Below are positions 1 through 8,582 of a stretch of 47,757 nucleotides of DNA, piece after piece. Position numbers and translations under genes: made by a program. This DNA comes from a virus. Taxonomy: Duplodnaviria; Heunggongvirae; Uroviricota; Caudoviricetes. How positions within the stretch are numbered: the first letter of the stretch is position 1; each line of letters starts with the position of its first letter. The stretch lies in the IMG/VR virus record IMGVR_UViG_2529292906_000010, one strand, 5' to 3'. The notes under the pieces are model-generated. The model did not search any database. It had not been told where the DNA came from and saw only the letters and a program-made list of their open reading frames with translations.

Positions 1-1
1 G

Positions 2-226
2 GTTAAACGGATTTATACGGCAGATGAACAGCAACAACAGGCCGAATCACAAAAGGCCGCGTTACTTTCCGAAGCAGAAAGCGTTATTCAGCCACTGGAA
101 CGCGCTGTCAGGCTGAATATGGCAACGGATGAGGAACGCACACGACTGGAAGCATGGGAACGCTACAGTGTTCTGGTCAGCCGTGTGGATACGGCAAATC
201 CTGAATGGTCACAAAAGCCTGAATAA
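2..226 (+). CDS. tail fibre assembly protein (Tfa), C-terminal fragment; 5' end outside window
   Basis: Open frame from window edge to TAA 224-226; shares a VKRIYT-EEQ-QQAE core with the 255-788 Tfa but has a different C-terminus. Confidence 0.6.
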   Translation, partial: VKRIYTADEQQQQAESQKAALLSEAESVIQPLERAVRLNMATDEERTRLEAWERYSVLVSRVDTANPEWSQKPE

Positions 227-232
227 AAATTA

Positions 233-250
233 AGGCCCGCTATCGGGCCT
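233..250. terminator. hairpin between convergent Tfa genes
   Basis: AGGCCCG-CTAT-CGGGCCT stem-loop between stops at 226 (+) and 255 (-). Confidence 0.35.
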
Positions 251-254
251 TGTC

Positions 255-788
255 TCATTCAGGTTGTTCGGGAAATGTTACTGGCAGGCTGGAGGTGTCT
301 GTGGATTCGACTTTCTGCGCATAGAGCATCCACTCGGTTAATTTTTGTTTATTCTCGTCGGAAATGATTCCCAGCCGTAGCTGTGAATCCCATAGCTGGG
401 TTTTATCCCTGACAAGTTGCAACAGGCTTTGCTTTTCATTCTCTGCCTGCTGCCTCTGTTCCTCCTCGGTATAAATTCGCTTTATCACTACTCCATCTTT
501 GAACTTCCATTTACCCGAAATATCAGCCCGGCGATTTGCTGTAATATCTGGAACCTCAACGACGCTTGCGCCTTCTGGATTAATTGCTGAAACATCCTTT
601 TCAATACAAATAATAACGTCGTTGTGGTCATAGACCATTTTCAACGTATCAGGCTGAAAGTTCTTTTGTTCCTCATACCAGTTTTTTCCATCATCTGAAT
701 AAAGCCATTTGATGTTAAATTGTTTCGTTAGCTGGTATTGCTCTTTTGTTTTAGGGTTGCCAGCAGTAATGTTTTTTAAGTGCATCAT
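255..788 (-). CDS. tail fibre assembly protein (Tfa), inverted copy
   Basis: 177-aa ORF; first 20 nt identical to the partial gene at 47738-47757; lies immediately downstream of the inverted fibre cassette. Confidence 0.8.
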   Translation of the reverse strand: MMHLKNITAGNPKTKEQYQLTKQFNIKWLYSDDGKNWYEEQKNFQPDTLKMVYDHNDVIICIEKDVSAINPEGASVVEVPDITANRRADISGKWKFKDGVVIKRIYTEEEQRQQAENEKQSLLQLVRDKTQLWDSQLRLGIISDENKQKLTEWMLYAQKVESTDTSSLPVTFPEQPE

Positions 789-790
789 AA

Positions 791-1486
791 TTAAATACTC
801 CCCGCGTTATACCACCTTCCATTAATGCAATACTGAATTGGCCTTGCCTGCGTTGTATCAATTAATTCATCACGGTTCCCGTTAACTGAACCCGTAACGA
901 CATAACCTGACCTGTCAGACCAGCCGGGACCATTCCATGTCTGAACAGATGACAGACCGCCAAGGCGAATACCTGTAATAAACCTTGAGTTACATTCTGC
1001 CTGTGTATATGCACCAACATCTCCTGCTGAAGGTTTTCGTGTCGTGGTATAGAAATCTGACCAACCTAATTCAAACCCATAACCATCACGAGCCGACCTG
1101 TAGGAAATGCCACCATTTTTATAATTCACACGGAATTGTACGGCAGGACAGCTACCAGCATTTATATTAAAGTGAAGAATTAATGCAGTTGCACCACCAA
1201 TTATGGCGTTATATGCACCACTATCCCAATTCCATCCAACGGATGTATCACCATTAACAGTATTACCTGTTTGTCGGAGTGCAAATGCATTGACATTTTT
1301 GGCACTAATTGAAATATCGCTAGAACCATCAAAACCAACTCCAGCAATTTTTCGTGCTGTTTTCAGCTTTGTTGCAGTAGCGGCATTGCCGGACAGTTCC
1401 CCAGAAAGGCCACCACTGAATGTTTGTCGATTGGTCCAGGTATTCGCCGTACTGAGTAACGGTATTTTTTCCCCGCTTGTGCCGAG
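791..1486 (-). CDS. silent tail-fibre C-terminal cassette (no own start; in-frame up to crossover site)
   Basis: Reverse complement of 47040-47735; translation identical to C-terminus of tail fibre 45702-47735 (NYKNGGISYRSARDGYGFELGW...RWYNAGSI). Confidence 0.7.
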   Translation of the reverse strand, partial: LGTSGEKIPLLSTANTWTNRQTFSGGLSGELSGNAATATKLKTARKIAGVGFDGSSDISISAKNVNAFALRQTGNTVNGDTSVGWNWDSGAYNAIIGGATALILHFNINAGSCPAVQFRVNYKNGGISYRSARDGYGFELGWSDFYTTTRKPSAGDVGAYTQAECNSRFITGIRLGGLSSVQTWNGPGWSDRSGYVVTGSVNGNRDELIDTTQARPIQYCINGRWYNAGSI

Positions 1487-1512
1487 TTCTCGTAAACCGA
1501 GGTTTTTGAGAA
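1487..1512. other. DNA invertase crossover site (gix/hix-like), invertase-proximal
   Basis: TTCTCGTAAACCGAGGTTTTTGAGAA; resembles gix/hix 26-bp sites as recalled; sits where inverted-repeat identity ends. Confidence 0.6.
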
Positions 1513-1576
1513 TTGCCTCTGTGTCGTCTGGACGATATTTTTTTCCGCTTTTAGCAACAATCGCGGTTTAGAAAGT

Positions 1577-2131
1577 ATGCAATATGGTTATGCGAGGGTG
1601 TCAACTTTTGACCAGAATTTGGAATTACAACTGGAGGCGCTCAGGAGTTCAGGATGTGACCGGATTTTTGAAGATAAAATATCCGGTGCTAAATCAAAAC
1701 GTCCAGGACTTGATAAGCTACTGAAGGTGTTACGACCGGGCGATACGGTTATTGTCTGGAAGCTGGACCGAATGGGGCGTTCTCTGATTCATCTTGTTGA
1801 TTTACTTAACCATTTTTTATCAAACAACATTGAGTTCATTTCGATTACGGAAGGAATAAAAATTAGCACTTCAATTGGCCGCTTTGCCTACACGATGCTG
1901 AGTGCAGTCGCAGAGATGGAGCGGGAAAATATGATTGAAAGAACGCGTGCAGGATTGGCGGTGGCAAGGGCTAACGGCAGGATAGGAGGACGCCGCTCAA
2001 AGCTGTCACCAGAGCAATGGGAACAGATCGGAAGGCTTATTGCGAATGGTGTTTCACGTAAGCGGATAGCGATTATCTTCGATGTTACTTTATCCACGCT
2101 TTACCGCAGGTTTCCGGCTGGGAATCATTGA
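1577..2131 (+). CDS. site-specific DNA invertase, Hin/Gin/Pin/Cin family serine recombinase
   Basis: 184 aa; N-terminal GYARVSTFDQ catalytic-serine motif; C-terminal HTH; adjacent to crossover site and fibre cassettes. Confidence 0.9.
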   Translation: MQYGYARVSTFDQNLELQLEALRSSGCDRIFEDKISGAKSKRPGLDKLLKVLRPGDTVIVWKLDRMGRSLIHLVDLLNHFLSNNIEFISITEGIKISTSIGRFAYTMLSAVAEMERENMIERTRAGLAVARANGRIGGRRSKLSPEQWEQIGRLIANGVSRKRIAIIFDVTLSTLYRRFPAGNH

Positions 2132-2260
2132 CTGGAGTTAGGCCAGTAGTATGATGCTCGCAAAACGAGATCCAATTTAGATCCTTTTACTGGTGGATTA
2201 TCGTTCGATCAGTGAGAGACTTCGTGCATGACCGAAAGTGTTGTGGTAGAGTTCTCTCAA

Positions 2261-2277
2261 AACCACGTAACGTGGTT
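2261..2277. promoter_or_regulatory. operator-like palindrome AACCAC-N5-GTGGTT upstream of repA
   Basis: AACCACGTAACGTGGTT; same palindrome family as the sites flanking the CI-like repressor gene. Confidence 0.4.
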
Positions 2278-2312
2278 ATGATTGTGGGTGTCTGGTTGGA
2301 AAGTGACCAGAT

Positions 2313-2440
2313 ATGGAAACAAAAAGCCCGCAGATAAATCTGCGGGCTTCTTGCGACATCCACGGAAAACCAACAACTAACCATGGGCGCCTCGACAACT
2401 CCCATTATACGTTGGTTTTCCGTGGACGCAAGAGCGAACA
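2313..2440 (-). ncRNA. candidate antisense control RNA of repA (CopA-like), with minus-strand terminator at 2322-2350
   Basis: Hairpin AGCCCGCAG-N6-CTGCGGGCT followed by a T-run on the minus strand; 15-bp stem 2360-2374/2411-2425 immediately upstream of the RepA start. Confidence 0.35.
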
Positions 2441-2441
2441 T

Positions 2442-3290
2442 ATGGATAGACCAATGCCGTCTCTACGTTCAGCTTACGTTTGTAATTTGTCGCCGGAGTT
2501 CCAGCCTCCAAAGCACCATACGCACAAGCTGCCGCTGGTGTTATCTGATGCTTTACAGCGCATTAATGGGCGTGATCTTACGTGTGAGGTTGCGTTCTAC
2601 GTTAATCAACCGTCAGAGCGGAAGCGCCGGATAAACGAGCATCGTCGTCGGGCGATTAATGCTGTGATCGCTGCGATTTTGCACCATGTAAACATCATTT
2701 CTAAGCGGGTTCTGGCTAGTGCTGAGGCGTTGGCTGATTTTTGCGGCCTGTCTACCGTATCCGAAGCTGGGAACAAGTCTATAACGCGCTGTACAAGGGC
2801 GTTGTCGCAACTGAAAGCGTTAGGTTTTATTGATTATGAACGTCGCTGGGATCGGGTGAATAAACAGTATTGGCCAGCGAAAATAGAGATTCGTGATCAA
2901 CTGCTGGAAACCGTTGGTATTACTGAACAAGCATGGAGACGTGCGGTTAGCCAGAAACTTAATTACTTCAATGCGAAGAATAGCGAACGGCTTAAAAAAG
3001 CGATAACGGAGGCTGATTATAAGCGTATTGTTATTCAGGAGCAGATGGAGAATGTATGGCGCCAGAGGAAGACGGCCAGAGAGATAAAGGCAAAACAGAA
3101 AGCAGCGGAGAGAGCTGCGCGTCTTGTCCGGGAAAAGGGAGAGGCCGAACTTCGTCATCAAATCACTAGAGAGGTTAGCCAGGAATTTGCTGATGGCATG
3201 TATCCAGGTGCTGACCTTGCATATTTACGATCCCTCGTTGAGCAGCGTTATAACAGGCTAAGAAAGACCTGGAAATCACTCCAACATTAA
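2442..3290 (+). CDS. repA: plasmid replication initiator RepA (IncFII RepA1-like)
   Basis: Recalled similarity to R100/R1 RepA1 (SITRCTRALSQLKALGFIDYE vs SITRATRALTFLSELGLITYQ); in-frame ATG at 2313 is an alternative start but overlaps the antisense hairpins. Confidence 0.75.
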   Translation: MDRPMPSLRSAYVCNLSPEFQPPKHHTHKLPLVLSDALQRINGRDLTCEVAFYVNQPSERKRRINEHRRRAINAVIAAILHHVNIISKRVLASAEALADFCGLSTVSEAGNKSITRCTRALSQLKALGFIDYERRWDRVNKQYWPAKIEIRDQLLETVGITEQAWRRAVSQKLNYFNAKNSERLKKAITEADYKRIVIQEQMENVWRQRKTAREIKAKQKAAERAARLVREKGEAELRHQITREVSQEFADGMYPGADLAYLRSLVEQRYNRLRKTWKSLQH

Positions 3291-3299
3291 CCCACCTGA

Positions 3300-3550
3300 A
3301 TGATGAATCCGGTTTTACCGGAGGATTATCTACGTCGCAATAAAATATCTGTTCAAAAAATAGTCTAAATTAATTTTCTCTAAACCTGGACACAGCAAAA
3401 ATATCGCCTTTACAGGCATCGGCTAATAAAGTTATCCACAGTTTTGATATGTATATGCAAATGGTTTTTTATAATAGATGCACTAAACAAATAAATGCAA
3501 AATCACTTTCTTTTATTAAGACTTTCTTTATTTAACTTACGCAGGCTTTG
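3300..3550. other. candidate replication origin (oriR-like) with DnaA box
   Basis: Consensus DnaA box TTATCCACA at 3432-3440 followed by ~100 bp of AT-rich DNA, directly downstream of repA as in IncFII replicons. Confidence 0.4.
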
Positions 3551-3828
3551 CCTGTGAATATGTTCGCCCTTGCAGCGAGCTAAAGCTCGCGCCGGTTCGA
3601 GTCGCTACGCTCAAATATACCTCCTCCGGCACTTGCCGGAGGCATGGAGCAGCCTGATCATCCTTTTCGAAACGGCGCGTTTCGAACTATACAAAATCAA
3701 TTTATATAAGGCCGAAATAAGGCCTACGGCCGGGCTTTGCAGGAGGAAGGGACGGACCTTATCAATAAACGTCGATAAATACGCACACAGTAGCAATCAG
3801 AACGCGACAAAACGTAAGAAACATCCTT

Positions 3829-3894
3829 TTCTATTAGACATAGAAAACTTGTCTTATACGCAATGTAGTAAATTTCTATTGCCACATAGGAAAA
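3829..3894. promoter_or_regulatory. two TTCTAT-N-ATAGAA palindromes upstream of HTH gene
   Basis: TTCTATTAGACATAGAAAA (3829-3847) and TTCTATTGCCACATAGGAAAA (3873-3894). Confidence 0.3.
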
Positions 3895-3921
3895 GATTTC
3901 CTACCATCGTAGATATAATAA

Positions 3922-4221
3922 ATGGAGATGGTTATGGATAAAGATACTGTTTTAAAAATGTTGAATCCGGCTTGTTTAAAAAAAGCGGATGAATGGGAAT
4001 CTCCTACATGTGGAGAAGTTCGGGCAGTCATTGGCCTGACCGGAATGAGCGGCTCGCAGTTGGCCAAAAAACTAGGCTTAAAAGATAGTCGCAATGTTCG
4101 CAACTGGCAGATGTTAAAGGAGTCCACATCCAGATCCAGCATTCCGTATGCAGCCTGGGCGCTGCTGTGTTACTTCGCTGGGTTAGGGTTAATCTTCATT
4201 GATAACAAAACAGATGTTTGA
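3922..4221 (+). CDS. helix-turn-helix DNA-binding protein
   Basis: 99-aa ORF; HTH-like segment GMSGSQLAKKLGLKDSRNVRNWQ; start may be ATG 3934. Confidence 0.5.
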   Translation: MEMVMDKDTVLKMLNPACLKKADEWESPTCGEVRAVIGLTGMSGSQLAKKLGLKDSRNVRNWQMLKESTSRSSIPYAAWALLCYFAGLGLIFIDNKTDV

Positions 4222-4508
4222 AACATGCAAATATGAGGTTTGTTATGGAACTTGTACGCAAAACACGCAAAGAGTTCTTGGACCTGTATCGCATGGGAGC
4301 TTTCACTTGTGTTGTGGCTACCCAGGACGAAGTGACAAAAAGCTGGCGGCTTTTTGCTCTCAATAAAAAAGGGATTGCCGTTTTCATTGAAAAAGCCCGT
4401 GGTGGTATCCGCGAATGGGCGGGATTGAATTATGTGGCTGATTTTTGCGCAGCTATGGGGATTCGTCGCTGGGAAGTCCATATGCCAGGAGTAAAGTCAC
4501 AAAAATAG
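4218..4508 (+). CDS. hypothetical protein
   Basis: 96-aa ORF coupled to upstream gene; true start may be ATG 4245. Confidence 0.4.
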   Translation: MKHANMRFVMELVRKTRKEFLDLYRMGAFTCVVATQDEVTKSWRLFALNKKGIAVFIEKARGGIREWAGLNYVADFCAAMGIRRWEVHMPGVKSQK

Positions 4509-4746
4509 GGCTTTCGTGTCGAAAATGAGGCGAAACTGAAAACGAGATTTCATTAACAAATAAGCAACATAAAAAACAGTGGAAAACGCCCAGGAAAACA
4601 TGATCTTTTGAGCGGATTTTTTAGATCCGACAATGAACGGTGATCCGGTGGTGCCGATAACGTCCATTATGTTAAATGGCCCCGTTTTTCTTGAAATTAT
4701 AACTCACAGGTTATATAGTTAGTGATATAAACTACAGGTTATAGGA

Positions 4747-5100
4747 TTGAGCATGTGGACGGTACTTTTTAGCCAGCGATTTGACGGCTGGCTAAATGAG
4801 CAAGAAGACGCTCTTCAGGAAAAGGTTTTGGCTGATTTGAAAAAGCTACAGGTTTACGGACCTGAGTTACCCAGGCCATATGCCGATACCGTAAAAGGTT
4901 CTCGGTACAAAAATATGAAAGAGCTTCGCGTTCAGTTTTCTGGCCGTCCGATAAGAGCCTTTTATGCGTTCGATCCGATTCGCCGGGCTATCGTTCTTTG
5001 TGCAGGAGACAAAAGTAACGATAAGCGGTTTTATAAAAAACTGGTGCGTATAGCTGAGGATGAGTTTGCAGCACATCTGAACACACTGGAGAGCAAGTAA
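4747..5100 (+). CDS. type II toxin, RelE/ParE superfamily (HigB-like)
   Basis: 117 aa; toxin-first arrangement with stop overlapping the HTH antitoxin start; probable ATG start at 4753. Confidence 0.65.
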   Translation: MSMWTVLFSQRFDGWLNEQEDALQEKVLADLKKLQVYGPELPRPYADTVKGSRYKNMKELRVQFSGRPIRAFYAFDPIRRAIVLCAGDKSNDKRFYKKLVRIAEDEFAAHLNTLESK

Positions 5101-5399
5101 TGAGAACATTAGATGAGGTGATTGCCAGCCGTTCACCGGAAAGCCAGGCGCGAATTAAAGAAATGGCAGATGAGATGATTCTTGAGGTCGGCTTGCAGAT
5201 GATGCGTGAAGAACTCCAGTTATCACAAAAGCAGGTTGCTGAGGCGATGGGTATAAGCCAGCCAGCAGTAACAAAGCTGGAGCAGCGCGGAAATGATTTA
5301 AAGCTGGCGACATTAAAGCGTTACGTTGAAGCTATGGGAGGCAAATTAAGCCTGGATGTTGAGCTTCCCACAGGAAAACGAATAGCGTTTAACATCTGA
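5100..5399 (+). CDS. HTH (XRE-family) antitoxin, HigA-like
   Basis: 99 aa; HTH segment LSQKQVAEAMGISQPAVTKLEQ; translationally coupled to upstream toxin. Confidence 0.65.
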   Translation: MRTLDEVIASRSPESQARIKEMADEMILEVGLQMMREELQLSQKQVAEAMGISQPAVTKLEQRGNDLKLATLKRYVEAMGGKLSLDVELPTGKRIAFNI

Positions 5400-5413
5400 T
5401 CAGAACGAATGAT

Positions 5414-5441
5414 AAGCCCCTGTTGCAAAGGGGCTTTTTTG
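5414..5441 (+). terminator. rho-independent terminator
   Basis: AGCCCCT-N-AGGGGCT stem followed by TTTTTT. Confidence 0.6.
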
Positions 5442-5450
5442 TGCTCATGG

Positions 5451-5562
5451 AATTATATAATTATAGATTTATATAAAAAGTGCTTTACAGGTGGGAAAAT
5501 ATTTCCTAGTGTTATACCCGAAACCGAGCGATACCCGCCCTGGTTAAACCGGAGATAACCCG
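5451..5562 (+). promoter_or_regulatory. conserved promoter-leader element, copy A
   Basis: Near-identical to 14348-14464 and 22011-22122; contains TATAATTATA palindrome, TTTACA (-35-like), GGGAAAA(A/T)ATTTCC, conserved leader and GGAGA RBS. Confidence 0.5.
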
Positions 5563-5943
5563 ATGAGCATGATTAAAATCCGCAAAAACGCTTTCCTTAA
5601 AATTCAAACTATCCTGGCTGGTTCTGTTGGCGTGATTTGCCGTTCTTCTTCAAGCCGCATCGATGACGGCTACGATGATGAGTATCGTGTGTCCTCGTGC
5701 GATGAGGCTTTAACCTGGCTGAAGGAGAATCAGGAACGTGCCCAGGTATATCTGGAAACAGAGAACGGCAATCAGATGCTGCGTATTAGCGGTCGTTATG
5801 GATTTGAAACTACATTCATTGCCTATTTTAATCAGGTTTACTTTGACAAGGAGCTGGCCTGGTACACTGATCGCATGAGCAAAAGCGAGCCAGCTCCGAT
5901 TACACCGCCGAACAATAAACCATTTTTATTCCTCGTTAAGTAA
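5563..5943 (+). CDS. hypothetical protein
   Basis: 126-aa ORF immediately after leader copy A. Confidence 0.5.
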   Translation: MSMIKIRKNAFLKIQTILAGSVGVICRSSSSRIDDGYDDEYRVSSCDEALTWLKENQERAQVYLETENGNQMLRISGRYGFETTFIAYFNQVYFDKELAWYTDRMSKSEPAPITPPNNKPFLFLVK

Positions 5944-5954
5944 ACACAATACGT

Positions 5955-5975
5955 AAAGTGTCATTTTGACACTTT
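5955..5975. promoter_or_regulatory. perfect palindrome AAAGTGTCA-TTT-TGACACTTT upstream of HTH regulator
   Basis: 21-bp palindrome ~30 bp upstream of the 6007 start; half-site repeated at 14295-14309. Confidence 0.35.
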
Positions 5976-6006
5976 GCGAGTGTTAATATTGTGCGAGGAG
6001 GATGCT

Positions 6007-6279
6007 ATGACGGGTTATGAATTGAAATTATGGCGTCGTGGGATGAACTGGACGCAGGAGCGAGCCGCCGAAGAATTTGGGATATCGTTGGCTACATATA
6101 AGCGATATGAGAAGGGGGAGCCGCCGAGGGTCATTGAGATGGCCATTCGCGTTCTGTCATTTGACGATATGGTTAAGGATCTTTCACACCTTGATAAAGA
6201 TGCGATTCTGTTAAGGCTGCAAACCCTTGTATGGGAAAAGGTTAAAGTGTCGTCAGAATTGGAACAAGAGATCAAATGA
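6007..6279 (+). CDS. XRE-family helix-turn-helix regulator
   Basis: HTH segment MNWTQERAAEEFGISLATYKRYEKG; GAGGAGGA RBS before ATG 6007. Confidence 0.6.
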   Translation: MTGYELKLWRRGMNWTQERAAEEFGISLATYKRYEKGEPPRVIEMAIRVLSFDDMVKDLSHLDKDAILLRLQTLVWEKVKVSSELEQEIK

Positions 6280-6325
6280 TCCTTTACGGATCGTTTTATG
6301 GTGGTGTAATGTAAGCGCCAGAAAG

Positions 6326-6354
6326 ACAAAAACCGCCTTGCCGGGCGGTTTTCA
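6326..6354. terminator. bidirectional hairpin terminator
   Basis: ACCGCC-TTGCCG-GGCGGT stem followed by TTTT. Confidence 0.45.
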
Positions 6355-7086
6355 GTCTGAAATTTAAATCTTGCTTGGTAGGCTGGATTTAAAAAGACAC
6401 CTCTTGATTGGGGCGGCTTTCTTGCGTCTAAAGATAATCAAATCTTTTTGCGCCTGCAACCCCTTTTTTACTGGTGCCTGTTTCAGACTCACGCTCGCGT
6501 CGTTGTCTTTGCCACTTCGTTGGGTTCGGTGTTTTTGGACGGAGTGGCGCGCGGGTATGCGTACAAGGGGAAAGTGTGCTGACGCAAGCCAGGAACAGCG
6601 ATCTAAACTAAGTCGAGTCTGAGAAAGGCAGGAGTGCGACAACTCGCCTGTGCTCAATGAGCAGAAGAAGGTATATCAGACGACCAATGGCATGATTGTG
6701 GGCCACAGGGCGCACACGGCGGCGAAGCATTGGAAACGATGTGGAGCTATCTGGTGGCATGAGTTCCGGTACTCGATCTCGAGCTTTTTTGATGCTTTTG
6801 AGAAGGGGCCGGAACTCCGGTAAAGGGCACCCTGTATGGGGGGAGGGGGGTTGTGTCTGAAGGGTGGCTATCGGTTATGGTGGAATTATGATGCGTAGAA
6901 AAGCAAGTTTGCTGCAAGCTATTGGGTCCATTATTTCTTTGTTTCCGGCAGTTGATCATTTTCGTCATATGGCGACACGTTCGAGTATGGGCTTGGTGCG
7001 TGACGCTGACGCTATTCGAAAGGATTTTCAGAAAGTCTCTGGTGTTGATAAGAGAGAAAAGAGTAAGGGGCCGTAGCCCCTTGTAG

Positions 7087-8229
7087 TTATGGTCTGCTTT
7101 TCTGTGCCAGCTTATCAGCACATGTTTTTATCAGATCCTGTAGTGTCCTGGCTGGCAGGTTTGCATCCAGTACGCTGAGTATGCTGTTGTGATCTGCTTG
7201 GTCGACTACTTTGCCTGTCGGTGGTAGTAGCTTGAGCTGAGGATTCAGGTTTTCGTCAAAACTGATAAGTGCTCTGGCGTTTCTGAGCAGATCAAGAAGT
7301 AAGGCTGATATCACATCATCTTTAGTCATTGTTGGTAGATTTAGTGCCGCTTTAGTTTTCTCCGTCGCCTTGTCAAACTCTTTGATTAGTGTCTTGCGGT
7401 AGTTTGGTTCCGTTAATAGCCGATGATGTTCTGTTGCCGTTCGGATAATCTTTGTTTCCTGATACAGTCGGTTGTATAGCATTCGCTCGTATTCTGCCTT
7501 TAACACGCTGCTGATAGCGTTAAAGGCTTCAATGTAGGCCAGCTTGATATCCTTCACGCCTGGACCGTCGATACTTTCCATGAGCAAGGTAAATCCGTCT
7601 TTTGTCATGCGATAGATTGTTATTTCGCGGTCGCTTCCTTCCAGCGGTCGTTGTTCTTTAAAGAAGTGACGCGCCGCAGCCGTGCGAGGAATGCGTAACG
7701 CATCGATGGCCATAACGATGGAATTGTTTGTGGTGCTGAATGCTTGGGCAACATCGGCTGAGGTTGTGAGTGGCTCGTTGTTGCACACCTTAACGTAATA
7801 CATTGGTTTAGCGTTGAGCGTATCGACAACCTCACGAGCATTGTTTGGTGAGACGGTTACGGTCGCGGCCGTTTGCGCGTTCTGGTTGAAGTAGCAGTCT
7901 TCCAGCCGTTCGAATACATCCCATGCCTGATCGGTTTCGAGCATTTTAGCGTGACGTGCAGCCCCGCGTTCGGTCCAGAGGATGAGCTTTCTAACGTTAT
8001 TCGCGATGGTTTGAAAATCTCTTAAAGAGATTTTCAAACTTTGGAGATCTGTACCTTTTACAACTATGAAATGTTTTCCTTCTGTAAACCGGGACTTATT
8101 ACGGTGGTGATTTCTGTGAAGACATTCGACGCTACAGCCATATAGTTTGGCAAGCAGCTCCGTGGTGATAACGGGGAGCTGCTTATGCAGGATAGGCTGT
8201 AGGGTGTTAACGGTCGGAAGCGTTTTCAT
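7087..8229 (-). CDS. phage antirepressor (ORF6N/Rha-like N-terminus)
   Basis: 380 aa; N-terminal region resembles ORF6N/Rha antirepressor domains as recalled. Confidence 0.65.
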   Translation of the reverse strand: MKTLPTVNTLQPILHKQLPVITTELLAKLYGCSVECLHRNHHRNKSRFTEGKHFIVVKGTDLQSLKISLRDFQTIANNVRKLILWTERGAARHAKMLETDQAWDVFERLEDCYFNQNAQTAATVTVSPNNAREVVDTLNAKPMYYVKVCNNEPLTTSADVAQAFSTTNNSIVMAIDALRIPRTAAARHFFKEQRPLEGSDREITIYRMTKDGFTLLMESIDGPGVKDIKLAYIEAFNAISSVLKAEYERMLYNRLYQETKIIRTATEHHRLLTEPNYRKTLIKEFDKATEKTKAALNLPTMTKDDVISALLLDLLRNARALISFDENLNPQLKLLPPTGKVVDQADHNSILSVLDANLPARTLQDLIKTCADKLAQKSRP

Positions 8230-8417
8230 TTTGCACCTCCCATAACTACTTTGGTTACGAGGGAGATTTTTGCGACAGAAACAGCGTTATCGTTGCTGGC
8301 GATGCGCATAGCTTCGCGCTCGATGATTTCAGCCAGGCGGAATTTATCGGCGTATGAGGCTTTCTTGAGAAGGATCTTTACGAGGTTGACGTAATAGTCA
8401 TGGGGTAGGTTTGTCAT
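8226..8417 (-). CDS. small protein overlapping antirepressor start (Icd-like position)
   Basis: 63-aa ORF whose stop overlaps the antirepressor start; AAGGGA RBS. Confidence 0.4.
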   Translation of the reverse strand: MTNLPHDYYVNLVKILLKKASYADKFRLAEIIEREAMRIASNDNAVSVAKISLVTKVVMGGAK

Positions 8418-8582
8418 TGTGATGATTCCCTTAAAGGTTAAGGATACTCACCACCGTCAGGTTCCAATCATTGGGTGGTGAGACGTGCAGGGTTGGAACT
8501 ACCGGACACAATGACGAACCGGCGAGTCTTACGACTCCCCCGCACGCCCCACCATAATTTGGGTGTAGCAGTGCTTTACGCA

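Noticed and set aside
985-1571. ORFs 985-1170 (+) and 1203-1571 (+), and their mirror copies 46733-47323 (-) and 47356-47541 (-)
   Set aside because: They are antisense to the tail-fibre cassette reading frame and occur in duplicate only because of the inverted repeat; no RBS and no independent support.
1577-2131. Serine recombinase as a possible integrase
   Set aside because: At 184 aa it is a small invertase/resolvase type with adjacent gix-like sites and fibre cassettes, not a large serine integrase; no integrase was identified in the window.
2313-2441. N-terminal 43 codons of the long RepA ORF, and ORFs 2187-2441 (-) and 2383-2634 (+)
   Set aside because: The region is dominated by hairpins typical of an antisense-controlled repA leader; RepA more plausibly starts at ATG 2442, though the longer ORF cannot be excluded.
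6364-7121. ORFs 6364-6657 (-), 6371-6622 (+) and 6747-7121 (-)
   Set aside because: Low-complexity translations without RBS or recognisable domains, overlapping hairpin-rich noncoding DNA.
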